Assembly: GCA_040954595.2 (NCBI GenBank)
Contig: CM082583.2
Location: forward strand, 3,605,060-3,669,059
Direction: 5' to 3'
Length of the DNA stretch: 64,000 bases
DNA from: Balanoglossus misakiensis
Lineage: Eukaryota; Animalia; Hemichordata
A program made the position numbers and the translations under genes. How positions within the stretch are numbered: position 1 is the first letter of the stretch; each line of letters starts with the position of its first letter. This document shows positions 12,417 through 24,855 of this stretch, piece by piece. The notes under the pieces were generated by a model. That model was given only the letters and a program-made list of their open reading frames with translations, did not search any database and was not told the origin of the DNA.

Positions 12417-13299
12417 GGTACATTATCAAATAATGAAAAGTGGTGATTGTTTTCACACGGGCAAGTTAGCTCTATGTCATTTTCACATATTTAATTTGTG
12501 AGACAATTCATTGAACAGTAATAATAAAGTTAAACCGAAAAGTTTTCTTAAGTAAAACATTCTGTACTCTAATTGTCCATATTGCTACATGGACAAATGT
12601 TCCTATCACAAGTTGTTGGATCTTGTAAGAAGTCTTTACTAAGTATTAAAAGGCATCAAATACTTTCTATTACAATTATTATTTTTCATTGTAGGTGTCA
12701 TGCACTTGTCTATATAAGCTTCACCCCAAAGATATTCATACACATTTCTGTTGTCTTTGAAATGCTAATTTCAGTGTTATAATTTGCAGCATCCACTTTC
12801 TGCTATGTTATAATTTATTCAACTAATAATCTAGACGTATGAAATACCCACCTGTAAAATACGTCAGACATGTACATAATATCAACATTCACCAATTCTG
12901 TTGATGGTAATAAAAGTAGTCTGCTCTCAAATTTCATTGTACTTTGCTGGAAATGTATCAAGTTAAAAACTGTCAACCTCTTAATGTATGTACTATAAGA
13001 CATCACATCAGGTCCAATAATCAATATCATTCATGGTGGAGCTTAGCTAATTACCAGGTCCAAGAAAGAAGAGAAAAATGACGATTTTAACAGGATCATC
13101 CAGGCCAGAACCACTGCTAAGTGGTGCTACCAGGTGTCTGTAATGGCTAAGTGTACCCTGCTAGCATGCTACACAAGTCAAGACTGGCCCCAAGTGACAC
13201 ATTCAAGTGAAATTTGGCTGGATTACCAATTACAGTTGCGAGTCCAATCCAGGAATGCTCTCACTCATCATTTAAGTAACAGACATGTCATATTTGGAA

Positions 13300-13570
13300 A
13301 CAACATCACTATAATCCACCATAGAACTTTTTTACATGATCTAACCATTCGATGCTTTTGCAGAATTCTTGTCTCACTATAGAAGCTTGGTTGTTAATGA
13401 GCTGTGTCTTATCCTATAGTACTCATGCGCGTCACAAGCCCTACAGTATCTAAGGAGTTGTGAAATGTAAACACCATACTATACGGTGGACATGATGGAC
13501 TATTACTGGACAAATAGGGAAAGTTTATGATTACAAAGTTGAAATCATCCCATTTGTCATACATAACTTA
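13300..13570 (-). mobile_element. Penelope-like element RT C-terminal fragment
   Basis: Minus-strand translation YDKWDDFNFVIINFPYLSSN...YGVYISQLLRYCRAC matches the PLE YDKRDDF...YGVYISQLIRY motif. Confidence 0.75.
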
Positions 13571-13699
13571 TATAACTTATTTTGGTGCCGCCGCTACATC
13601 TGATATATGGGTATAGTAAGTTTAAAGCAGTTCTGCAGTGATTGTCTCTAAAACAATAGTAAATGTTTCCACCCCATTCATCCTCTCATGTCACCAAGT

Positions 13700-14290
13700 A
13701 GCTGAGTCAAAATTTTCCAATTTGAAATGTTCTTTCCTGTGAATTTGTTTGCTGATTTGCATTCATATGGGCCCCTAGAACTATTCAGATTAGTTGCCAA
13801 AATGGCAGTGTTGGGCAATTCTAATTTGCATAATCAAAAATGGCCGCCGAATGCCGCCTCTAAAATTAAATTTTGCCCTATTTTTCTCAAAATGATGTGT
13901 AATATCTAATATTAAGGATTTGCATACAAATTTGGCAGTGCTGGGCAACTTTTCTAATTTGCATAATCAAAAATAGCGTCAAGGACACTGTGGTCCCATT
14001 TGAGGATTATGCGGAAACAGTGACACACTAGAATAAAAATTACAGGTGACATTGCAAGTAGATATGATCTGACCATATCGAAATATGGAATGTAAAAAAA
14101 TTAACAAGGAACATGCCCAATAAACTGTCATGTGTCATGGCAGTCTTACAAGTGGTGCTAGAAAAAAAATTGTCTGTACAAAACATATGAGAAGCAACTT
14201 CTTTCAGTCAGCCCTGGAACAGACACACAGACAGACACACACTGACCTGCCACTGGTAATTAAACATTTGATAGCTGGTGGTCTCTGTAA
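13700..14290. repeat. Interspersed repeats (Helentron/HINE-like families)
   Basis: 13838-13972 recurs almost exactly at 16747-16882. AAAATAGC(A/G)TCAAG(G/A)ACACTGTGGTCCCATTT recurs at ~13970, 17155 and 39648, with a more diverged copy at ~58820. An (ACAG)n microsatellite is present. Confidence 0.6.
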
Positions 14291-14664
14291 CAGCTGGCCT
14301 ATTTAAGTTATGTAAACATGTCTTAGTTCGAGGTAACAACTCCTTGTAAATAGTAACTTTACGGTCGTTCCCATCTGGCTTCCAACGTTCATGTTGATCT
14401 AAATGTTATCACACTTGTGTAATTGGTTTGTGAAGTTGATTCCAACTTTGCTACAGTTGTTGTACAGTTTATATGCTTTGCGGCAAACACAAACAGGATT
14501 AATGGTTTCTTACCCGGTAGGATGCTTCGCCAGTTTGTTTAAATAAGACAATAAAACGAGTCAACTGATTGGCGCTACCCTGACTTTATTTAATAGCCCT
14601 GTGTGTGGTAAAAGTTTCGCGGGAATACTGCAAATCCAACGTGTTTAGTCGCTGTCGGTTCACC

Positions 14665-15174
14665 ATGGCCGAGTATATGTTCAAGGTTGAGTTTTCCTAT
14701 TATTCTCAAACGCGGATTGTGCCAGTCTTCATTTCTGACGAGGACTTTCACAGTATGTCTTATAGCGACTTCGAAAACAGAATCACTAGTGATACTCCGT
14801 ATCTGCGAAGGATGGTCTCACTTCGTCTGCAAGTCATGGATTACGAAGGGCAAAGAATTGACCTTCCGACGACAAACAGATTCAGACAACTTATTGACGA
14901 CAACGCATCTAAAAAGGGAGGAACACTCAACGTGAAATTGTTCGTTCTCGACGGTACCTCGCCATCCATAAAACGTTCACATTCTGGTGATTCTGAGATC
15001 GATCACTGTACTCCACAGAGTCATTCTATTGTGAGTAAAAGAACGCGAACTAAATTGCAGTACGCTCAAGATGAAAGGGGACCGGAAGTCAACAAACTGA
15101 AGCCGACTGATGGTAATGTAGCTGGTGTGCAAACGCCATCTTCCACGAGTTTTCTCTGTATTTCTTTTAAGTAG
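14665..15174 (+). CDS. Unknown ORF (possible PB1/ubiquitin-like fold) inside the TIR element
   Basis: CACCATGG Kozak start and an open frame. FKVEF...TRIV ... SYSDFENRI ... QVMDYEGQRIDL resembles a PB1 acidic motif (inference). Confidence 0.45.
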   Translation: MAEYMFKVEFSYYSQTRIVPVFISDEDFHSMSYSDFENRITSDTPYLRRMVSLRLQVMDYEGQRIDLPTTNRFRQLIDDNASKKGGTLNVKLFVLDGTSPSIKRSHSGDSEIDHCTPQSHSIVSKRTRTKLQYAQDERGPEVNKLKPTDGNVAGVQTPSSTSFLCISFK

Positions 15175-15431
15175 ATGCTTGGCTTCGTCTTCTTGTAATA
15201 TTCAATAAATCGTAACACGTTTTGAGTTACAACTGGTGCACAGCCGGCAGAAGGTGTAGTGTACGAAAAGTCACCCGTGTTGACAAACTTTTGACAAATG
15301 GTACATACGGTCGACTTCGAAATGCCGATCGCGCGTGATATCTGTCCATATGACCTGCCCTCGAGGTACATTTCCACAATTTTCTCACGTACAGCTTGTG
15401 GTGTTGGTATACCGCCTTTCCCGCGAATCAT
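15066..15431 (-). CDS. Paired-domain (Pax-like) DNA-binding region of a truncated transposase
   Basis: GIPTPQAVREKIVEM...ISRAIGISKSTVCTICQKFVNTG...YKKTKPSIYLKEIQRKLVEDGVCTPATLPSV aligns by eye to both paired subdomains (GRPLP..RQKIVEL ... [23 protein letters not shown]...IPSV). No DDE domain follows. Confidence 0.75.
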   Translation of the reverse strand: MIRGKGGIPTPQAVREKIVEMYLEGRSYGQISRAIGISKSTVCTICQKFVNTGDFSYTTPSAGCAPVVTQNVLRFIEYYKKTKPSIYLKEIQRKLVEDGVCTPATLPSVGFSLLTSGPLSS

Positions 15432-15779
15432 GTTTTATTGTCCACTAGCAGTTCGAAGACAGAGAGCAAAAGGGAAGGACTGGACACGCACGCGTAGATA
15501 AAAGTCTTGCTTTAGCAAGCAATGTGAAGTGTAAGACGATCCTCTTACGACACCCGTAATACCCCACTGTTAGTATTGTAATCAATCTCGATATAACCTC
15601 TTTGAATTTACCGCAACATCAGCAACTGGGCGCCGAAACTGAAGTAAGATAAGGAACAACTTGGCAAACCAAATGTGCAAGTATGGTAACATTTAGATCA
15701 ACATTATCATTCGAATCCAGATGGGAACGATAGTAAAAACAACTGGACAATTGGTTTAGGAGAAGATTTGCTAACCAAA

Positions 15780-16750
15780 AACAAAGAAACTTACCAAACA
15801 AACTTGCTAAATATTTAATATTTCTGATATCAGAATTGAATAAAAGTTGCACATATACAGGTATGTGTTATGAAATTATATCCTAAATTTCAAAGCAATC
15901 CAACAAGCAGTTTCACAGAAAATATTTGTTCAAAAGTGGCAAAAACACAAACATGCAAATATCACCAAAATTGTACAATATCTTACTTCAATCACTACAA
16001 GGAACATGCTGCCTAAGTTCAATGCAATAGGACAAGCGGTTTCAGAGAAAACAATTTTTGACAAAAATTGCAAAAGTTTTCCCGATAACACATTTATGCA
16101 AATATCACATTTTTTTACAACATATTACTTAGGTTACCCCTACGAACATGCCTACCAAATTGCAAAGCAATCTGGCATGCGGTTTTAAAGAAAAAAATGT
16201 TTGACCAAAAATGGCAAATATTGCTCAAAATTATAAATATGCAAATTTTGCAACAATTTGAACAAAACTATGGTTACTCAGACAACCATTAGGAAGCTTC
16301 ATACTAAATTTCAAAGAAGTAAGCCCATCACTTTCAGAAATGAAGACTTTTTACCAATAACATGGAAAAATAAAAAAAAATGCATAAAAAATAGGAAATT
16401 GATAATATTAGCTCAAAACATACAGGAATGTATGAGGTTGATATAAGGTACATGCATACCAATTTTCAAATCAATATGACCAGTGGTTGTCGAGTTTTTG
16501 AGTTTTGACCAATTTCACATTTCCCCAGCTAATTTGCATATTTTTGGCAATGACAACTTCATTTGAACAAACTCCCATCTACAGCCCTGCCTGCATCTAC
16601 ACACCAAATATCGAGGTCATACATGCTGCGGTTTTCAAGTTTTTGATGTGGACGGACATACATCTATACATCCATCCATACATCCATCCATACATACAGA
16701 CGCAACCGATCCCATAAGGTCCCATGGTACATACCAATGGGACCTAAAAA
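15780..16750 (+). mobile_element. Helentron-associated (HINE/DINE-1-like) non-autonomous element
   Basis: Degenerate tandem core, (CATC/CATA)n microsatellite, 3' hairpin GGTCCCAT..ATGGGACC and then AAAAA. A homologous copy lies at 44095-45545. Confidence 0.6.
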
Positions 16751-17289
16751 TGGCTGCCGAATACCACCTCTAAAATTAAATTTTGCCCTATTTTTCTCAA
16801 AATGATGTATAATATCGAATATTAAGGATTTGCATACAAATTTGGCAGTGTTGGGCAACTTTTCTAATTTGCATAATCAAAAACGGCTGCCAAACACAAC
16901 TACTGGTAAATGAGAAATTTCGCTATGACTTCGTTCACACCGATTTGATGTTCTTTGTATTTGTGCTCAAGTGTTGGTTTGGTTTCATACACTTTAAATG
17001 TTGTGTTTTGAGACTTTGATGTTTCATCTATTTAAACTGACATACTCTGTATGTCTGAAGAAACTTTACAAACCCCATATAAATTTCCATCTACATTGAA
17101 TGGAGAAGCCAACCGTTATATTGATGTCATTGTTATATCACTTTAAAGATGTAAAAATAGCATCAAGAACACTGTGGTCCCATTTCAATCTCAACCATGT
17201 TGACAGCCAGTTACAGCTGGTACTAGATTGGTGCAATGCCAACAAGCTCACTATAAATCACCTAAAAATAAATTACATTATTTTCATCG

Positions 17290-20200
17290 ACAAATATGAA
17301 GACCTTCAGCAGGACTACAACACCACAATGAAAGAAATGGAGTACATCACAGGTAGACTTAAAAATTTAACACAAAATTACAGTGGGGAAAACACACATG
17401 AAATACACAATTTATTCAAAGCAAAGTACGACGGATTGAGCATGAAAATAGATGAACTTCAGCACAAATTATCCAAGTCAAATACCAATGCTATCAGAAA
17501 TTTGAATAAAAAGATAAAGAGAAGAGATGACAGGATCAAACACCAAAATGACATGTTGGAAAGTCAAGCAAGTACGATCACATGCTTGGAGAGAGAGAGA
17601 AGACAGAGGCTTAAGTAAAATGTAAACAGCTAGAAATGGAGTGTGAATCACATCTTGACACACTAGGTGATCAGCTCAATTCCCTTGAGATGACTGAGGC
17701 AGAAGTGGCAAAATTAAAAGCAGAAAGAAGAAACATGCAGAAGCGATTGAGATACCACAGATTGAAAAGATCGGGAGAGAGACGTGAAGAGGAGATTGTC
17801 AATTTGATACGCGACGTCAGACAACTACAACAGGCAAACTTAGAACTACAACAACTCATTAATCTACTAAATGACGACGACATAGTGACCTTTCAAGATG
17901 GGCGTTTCACAGACGACATAAGGGAAACCATCATGGATCTACTGTCTCTGAATGTCAGTATGAACAAAGTCAACGATGTCATCAAAGTTGTCCTGAAGAA
18001 GCTTGCTGGAAAAGATGTTGGTAGGTTACCGAGTGCTGGTGTTAAATCAAGACTGCTGACTGAAGCAAGATGCCTTGCCCAACACCAGGTTGTTGAAGCC
18101 ATGTTGAATTCCACTCCAAACATTCCAGCAGGAAATGTTTTGCATGGTGACGGAATATCGAAATACCATCGCCACTTCCAGTCTTTCCAAATCACTCTCC
18201 CAAGTGGACAGATCAGTCTGTCTTTTGGGATGAATGAGATCGCAATTAGGGACCGTTCAGTTTTTACGGCCGGGGGGGGGGGGGGGGGGGGGGGGCGGCA
18301 AAATCCAGGGGGGGGGGGTCACTTAAATTTTGAAGTCCACAAGGGGGGGGTCATCTGTTTTTTTTAAACGTTTAGGGGGGGGGTCACATACTTTTGCCAC
18401 CGAACTTTTGCTTTTGAGTCCACAAAATTGCAGTTTCGCGCCCTTTATTTTACAAAATTTTCTAATGTGGGAGGGGGACACCCCCTCCCACACCCACCCC
18501 CTACATTCTCCGCCACATTTCATTTTTTGTACCAGGGCAGAGTGCTTGCCACCCCAACCCCTTACCCCACCGATGATAATATTTAACAAAGTGAATACAT
18601 AAAGGAGAATTGTTTAAACCATTTTGCATAACTGATAGTTTCGCGCTGCATCTTCTATATACTAGAAGTTTTATAAATTATGTCATGACGAAGATGACGC
18701 CAAATCTTCTAACTTTGAGTGGAGTGGCAAAAAGTAAAATTGGTCCTCCCAAACATTGAGATAATTTGCTTTTGAGTTCATTAAAATGTAACTTTGCGCT
18801 ACATATTTTACAAAATTTTCTTACGTGGGAGGGGGACACCCCCTCCCACACCCACCCCCGGCACTTTTCCTGTTTTACCGATTCTAGCAACTATTGTATT
18901 GACTTGTCATTTTAATTTGTTCATAGATTTCTTTATTGCAACGATATACTATTATATACTTCAATAATACTTTAAGAAATTTATAATTGGGGTGTCAGGA
19001 CCCTCATTCCCTTTATTGCAGTGTACATAGGATCAGGACGGCAAATGTTTTCGGCGTGGGGGGGGGGTCATCATATTTTGGGGTCTGTCAAAGGGGGGGT
19101 CATCATTTTTTGGTCCTGGGTGAAGGGGGGGTCGGCCTGATTTTGAGAACCGATGACACAAACTTGCCGGCCCCCCCCCCCCCTGCCGTAAAAACTGAAC
19201 GGTCCCTTAGTGATACCGCTTCAATCATGCACAGCTTTACACAGTCCATAGATGATTTAGCAGAGGTAATGTTCAACCACGATGGAGAAAGCTCAAACGA
19301 CACCAAGGAGCTCCATATAGCCAAGCTGATCACTAGCATCAAATGCAATATGTCTGACCAGGGAGCTGTAAATCCATGCTTCAACAGACAACTGACTGGC
19401 GCGAAAACCTACTTTCAAAATCTGTAGAGAACTGGGACACACTTACATCTGAAAACAGGGAACAGATGGTAAGTATGGGCAATTTCTTTTGCAGGATGCA
19501 CATTTTGGTAAACTTCGCCAGAGTGTGACAAGACACTAACGATCTTTGAGGGCGTTGTCAGCAGCAGTAGTGATGGTGAAACACCGAGAACAAGTCATGT
19601 TTTACAGACATCAGAAAGTGGTGCTGCTAGACCTATTCGTACCGCAGTGAAAGCTTTACACCCACACGGTAGCGAGGAGGCAGGTGTGGCTTCTCATTTC
19701 AAATCATATCTACATGGAGTCGGGGAAAACTTGAAGCTGGCTATATATAGTTACCGAGGGAACAGATTCAACATCTTGTTTTATGACGCAGCTGCCCTGT
19801 ATTACCATCGTGAACAAATCACTACATTCCTGGAGAAGTGGCCAAATCCGAATAACCTGCTCAAGGCTATACAGGAAGATCTACATTCAACTGTCAATTT
19901 AGCTGGAGTCCGCGCTCTGGGAGCCTGCATTTGAGATGAGTATCCCCATTCACAAAGATGAGCTCTACAATGCAGTATTCCATCTCTGTGTAGATGACAC
20001 TCCAATGCCAACACAAACAGATGCAGAGTTTGATCAACTTACTGTTCAAGCGCTGGAAATGTTGTGCCACTCTCTCTTGCTTATACTTGAACGCCAAGCA
20101 GTTGACCAACTTCCAGGAGGTATAGTACATCATGCACCAACACAGCATGTTCATGACATGGCTGCCAATGTTCCGACTACAAATACAGTCAGCGAGAGAG

Positions 20201-21141
20201 ACTTCGGCCTTTTGGATATGTTAATGAGAAGCAAGCCAGCGGCCAGTACACTTTCATACGAAGCCCTTATAATGTGGACCAACAATGGCACTAGGATGTG
20301 GCTGGACAACAAGACACCTAATGAGAAGGCCAAATTGATGCAGGATGCAAGAGTTACCGCTCCAAGTGTTCTTCAAACATTCAAGCAGAGGAAAGCAACA
20401 TTGCTGGAAGAAAAACACAGAGTTCTGCTCCAGAAACAGGAAAATAAGGAGAAGAGGGACCAAAGCAAAAAAGAAACCATCACAAACAAGTTGGTTGCTT
20501 ATGGTGGAGTGTGGAGAACAGGAGAAAAAATTGATGAACGGCTGAGAGATCTACCTGCAAGTGAACAAAGAAAAGCACTTCTCAAGTTCTGTGTCAGCTG
20601 GATTTTCATAGGACAGTTTTGAAATCATCAGGTAACAAGAAACTGTTCAACCATACAGAAGTTTGTCCCAAATCAGGCAAACGAAGAGACCTTACCATAC
20701 AAACACTATCATCTAACCTTCTTGAGATCCTCCGACTAAACCCAGTCACTACTCCCAGCCCATCCATCCCCACACAATCTCCATTGCCATTTTCACAAAC
20801 ACAAACAGCCGTTGAACAGGAAAAACTTAAATTACATTTAAATAACACTCGCATTAAGAGAAAAGCAATCGATTGCAAAATGTCAGGAGCAGCTACCTCA
20901 CTTTTTGGAGAACCCCAGTGATCTCTTTGGACAGCTAGTCAGACACAAGTGCATTTCTGAGGATACAGAAGCCACCTGGTATTCTGCCAAAGTACATGTA
21001 ACACACATTGCAAAATTAAATGAAAAGGAAACTCAGAAGACTCTGTACTGTGTGAAGTATGATGATGATGATGACACTGAGGAAGACTGGATCTTTCCCT
21101 TACTTCAAGACCTGAAAAAAGGAGACTTGATCATTCTGTGA
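17290..21141 (+). pseudogene. Disrupted divergent DDE transposase (hAT/P/MULE clade) with coiled-coil N-terminus and Spindlin-like Tudor C-terminus
   Basis: Motifs LHGDG, MSDQGAVN, FFCRMH (CxxH), YRGNRFN and TNTVSERDFG. Several frameshifts; interrupted by the MITE at 18249-19206. Confidence 0.75.
18249..19206. mobile_element. MITE with TTA TSD (Zator/Harbinger-like)
   Basis: TTA|GGGACCGTTCAGTTTTTACGGC ... GCCGTAAAAACTGAACGGTCCC|TTA. Removing it restores the frame MNEIAI-SDTASIMHSF. Confidence 0.93.
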
Positions 21142-22165
21142 ACAGAAAATCCTTCAAACCCATCTAACATATTGACACAAAACACACATTTATAAAAGAA
21201 GAAATACACAAAAAAATCCCTGGTCAATGAACTCAATATCTTCACTTGAATATCAGGACACATGAATGATTACACAAATCCTCCCATCTCTCTCTGGCTT
21301 TCTTGGATGCCTCTGTCTCTTCAGCTAACGTCTCTCTCTACTATGAAGATCTCACAAGAAACATGTTCACAAATATACCAGAAAACACAAAAAAATGTTA
21401 AAATATTATAAGACAGAAAAACAATAAAAAGCAAAAAAAAAAAAAAAAAAAAAAAGAAATTATAGACAAATAATTCTAAACAGTACAAAGTCATATGTTT
21501 TTTGTTTATAAGCGAAATATTCTGATATGAACACTAAACTAATCTCTTTCTTTGCAAGTACCGGTACATTCCAAGGATTTGACGTTATATTTCCACCAGA
21601 TGTACACAGCTAAAAAGACTCCTGGCAGAGAGTTTATCCCTGGCTTGAAAAACCTGGAGGCGATCGTGGAATGCGGTGCAAAGTATGCCGAGATTCATGC
21701 AAAGACAACTCATTTACGTCCGAGAAAGGGTGCACCAAATTTAGAACGTCTACTCTACGCCGCCACACCAAGAATGGTAAGCATAAAGATGCCATATAGT
21801 AGAAATGTCGCTACGGTCAACTTTAAAGACTGCCGTCTCAAATGCCGTAACACAGAAAGAGGATGCTATACTAGTTGCCATGAAGGCCGTGCATTGGCTC
21901 GCGAAGGAAGCCCTGGCCACTGACAAATACGCATCGCTTCTGGACTTGCTGACGGCTGCACGATGCGAACCGGTTAATAATCGCGATGCCGGCAAAAACG
22001 CGACTTATCGATCCCACACCACCGCGGAAAAACTACAACAAGCTATCGCTGACACCATCAAAGCGGACGTTGTAGAACAAAAATTAAAAACTGAATTTTA
22101 GTTTATTGACCGACGAGAGCACAGACATTTCAACATCGGGTAGACTGGTTGTGTATGTCCGTTGT

Positions 22166-22920
22166 TAGCTCTGGACTTACACGCTGTTTGGGTCTACGCT
22201 GCTCTCCATCCCAACAGCTGCGCGGTTCCAGGGAGGCCTACATATCAGCAGGTCATGATTTTCAGGATGTGGCAGAGAGTACAGGTATAATTGGGAGGAA
22301 AACAAAGTTAACGTCACCATGGAAGACACCAAGATTAAACAAACGACGAAGGATAAGCACACCCAGTTCAGTGAATAGGATGAAGAAAAACAAGGTATAA
22401 ACTCAAACAAAATGTTTTCAAAGTTTGATATACTTTTGGAGTTTTAATTTAAGTTCCATTTATTTTGTATAATCAATTTATTCACAATTCAATAACAAAT
22501 GACTAGTGTCTTAACCTGGTTATGATATTTGTGTTTTAAAAAGTATTATTACTTAAGATAAGATTGAAACAAATTTGGCGAATGCGATGTATAGAGCACG
22601 TGACACGTGTTTTACTCACGTTTTTTTTTATATATGTGCGCATGCGCAAGGTCAGTTTGTAGCGGAGGGTCACCAGTTTTACGGCGCTGCGTTAACGGCG
22701 TTTACGATTCGGCGCCAAAGACGTCAAATAGGTTCCCATTTGTGAAATTTTCGTTCGATCTTTATTTCTGACAACATTATGTACATGTTCATGTAGTTTA
22801 TTGTTTGAAAATTGGTGCGAATCATTTTGCTTCGCACCCAACGGTTTTTCCTACGGATGGCTCCATAGCTGTGGGGACGGAGAGCAGCGTAGACCCAAAC
22901 AGCGTATAAGTCCAGAGCTA
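22166..22920. mobile_element. MITE with TAG...CTA termini and 9-bp TSD (AcademH-like)
   Basis: GTCCGTTGT is duplicated at 22157-22165 and 22921-22929. ~55-bp TIR TAGCTCTGGACTTAYACGCTGTTTGGGTCTACGCTGCTCTCC. Confidence 0.92.
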
Positions 22921-23267
22921 GTCCGTTGTGTGACCGGAAATTTCGATGTTGCGTCGCACTTCCTGGGAGATGTTTACATCGTGGAGAAAGATGCTTCGTC
23001 TTTGACAGAAAAACTTATCGAAACCGTTGATGAAAACCGGTTAGAAAAGGCGAAAATGATCGGATTTGGAAGTGACGGAGCATCGGTTATGACTGGCGCT
23101 AAGAACGGTGTCTGAGTGCCAAAGGTGAAGGACGTAAATCCGTTCCTTCTCCATATTCATTGCGTGGCTCATCGTCTCGCATTGTGCACAAGTCAAGCGG
23201 CGTCAAGCGTGGAGTACTTGAAAGAATACAAGACTATTCTGACAAATTTATTCTACTATTTCAAGCA

Positions 23268-24855
23268 ATATTGAAACGGAAGCTATGGCGCAAATATACC
23301 CAAACAAACAATTCAGAAATGTATGAAGAATACAAAAGACAACAGAAGAAAGTAAAGAGTGAAATTAAGTATGCAAAGATCATGTATGAAAAGAACCTTG
23401 AAGAACATGTGAAGGACAATCCCCGCGCCTTCTTTGCCTATGCTCGAGCTAAACAACGAACAAAGGACACAATAGGCCCACTAGTTGACACAAATGGTAC
23501 AAAACAAAGTTCTAACCAGGAAATAGCAGATACTCTAAATGACTTCTTTGTATCAGTCTTCACAGTGGAAAATACATCGCAAATGCCTACACCAGTCTCC
23601 TTCTACAATGGTCCTGAGAAGGATAAATTACACTCTATAAACATCACAGAAGAAATAGTCTTGAAAAAACTTTTGCAGTTGGCACCAGGTAAAGCTGCAG
23701 GACCGGATAAAATATCACCAAGAGTTCTACGTTCGGCTGCAGCACAACTAGCCAAACCACTCTCCCTCATGTATACTAAATCCCTGATAACTGGCATTGT
23801 ATCGGATGACTGGAGGATTGCAAATGTTACACCGATTTTTAAGAAAGGCAGTAAATCGGAACCAGGTAACTACAGACCAATTAGCCTAACAACAATTTGC
23901 GGAAAACTGCTGGAATCTATCATCAGGGACAATATTGTACAACATTTGGACAGTCATGGCCTAATTCTCGGCTCACAGCATGGGTTTTTGTCATGGGAAG
24001 TCATGCCTCACAAATTTATTAGAATTCCTGGATGAAATTTCACAGTACATAGATGATGGAGTGCCTGTGGACATCATCTATCTAGACTTTGCAAAGGCCT
24101 TTGACAAGGTTCCTCATTTGAGACTCGTACATAAAATGGAAAACCATGGCATTACTGGCTCTGTCTTGCAGTGGGTACAAGCCTGGCTGTCAAATCGTCA
24201 ACAGCGTGTTGTTATAAATGGTGCAGCATCAACTTGGAAACCAGTGACAAGTGGAGTGCCACAGGGGTCTGTACTTGGTCCCATACTGTTCCTAATTTTC
24301 ATCAACGACATTGACTGTGGATTGATATTTCAAGTAAAGAAATTTGCTGATGACACAAAGCTTTACCGCCCAATCTACAATAGTAATGACACTGATACCT
24401 TACAGAATGATCTGGATAGACTCCAAAAGTGGTCACAGGATTGGCAAATGAATTTCAATGTCAAGAAATGTAAGTCAATGCATATTGGAGCAAATAATCA
24501 ATCCCATGTTTACCAGACGAACAATATACCATTGCTGCACACAGATGAGGAAAAAGATCTTGGTGTAACAGTACATTCTAGCCTCAAACCTTCAACACAG
24601 TGAATCCAGGCAGCAAAAAAGCTAATAACATGTTAGACATGACATCAAAAGAACTATTACCCACAAATCAACAGACATAATTAAGAGATTGTATAAGCAA
24701 CTGGTGAGACCAAGATTAGAATACATGTATGGTGTGCAAGCATGGTCACCGTGGTTACAAAAGGATATTACGTTACTTGAGAAAGTTCAACGCCGGGCCA
24801 CGAAATTAGTTCCAGAACTATGTAGGCTACCATACCATGAAAGATTACAGCACTT
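23268..24855 (+). mobile_element. CR1-clade LINE reverse transcriptase fragment inserted in the hAT element
   Basis: YRPISLT, QHGF, DFAKAFDKVPH, SGVPQGSVLGP and FADDTK motifs; frameshift at ~23985 and stop at 24601. Confidence 0.92.

Larger units (their letters stand above)
14362..15733. mobile_element. TA-flanked TIR element (IS630-Tc1-mariner-like) with two convergent truncated ORFs
   Basis: TA|CGGTCGTTCCCATCTGG...TGTTGATCTAAATGTTA and the imperfect ~100-bp inverted copy TAACATTTAGATCAACA...CCAGATGGGAACGATAG|TA. Confidence 0.8.

Noticed and set aside
15066-15431. Bona fide host Pax gene
   Set aside because: It is intronless, truncated, diverged at conserved Pax positions and enclosed by TIRs with TA flanks.
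17100-17290. N-terminus of the 172-aa ORF as a real protein start
   Set aside because: It is chimeric: an interspersed-repeat piece plus a LINE RT scrap (DWCNANKLTIN) that is fortuitously in frame with the transposase coiled coil.
21424-21455. Poly(A) tail marking a retrocopied transposase mRNA
   Set aside because: AATAAA is only a few bases from the A-run within a generally A-rich tract, and no TSD was found.
23160-24035. hAT-RT fusion protein
   Set aside because: This is a LINE insertion into a dead hAT; the hAT motifs are in another frame and both parts are disrupted.
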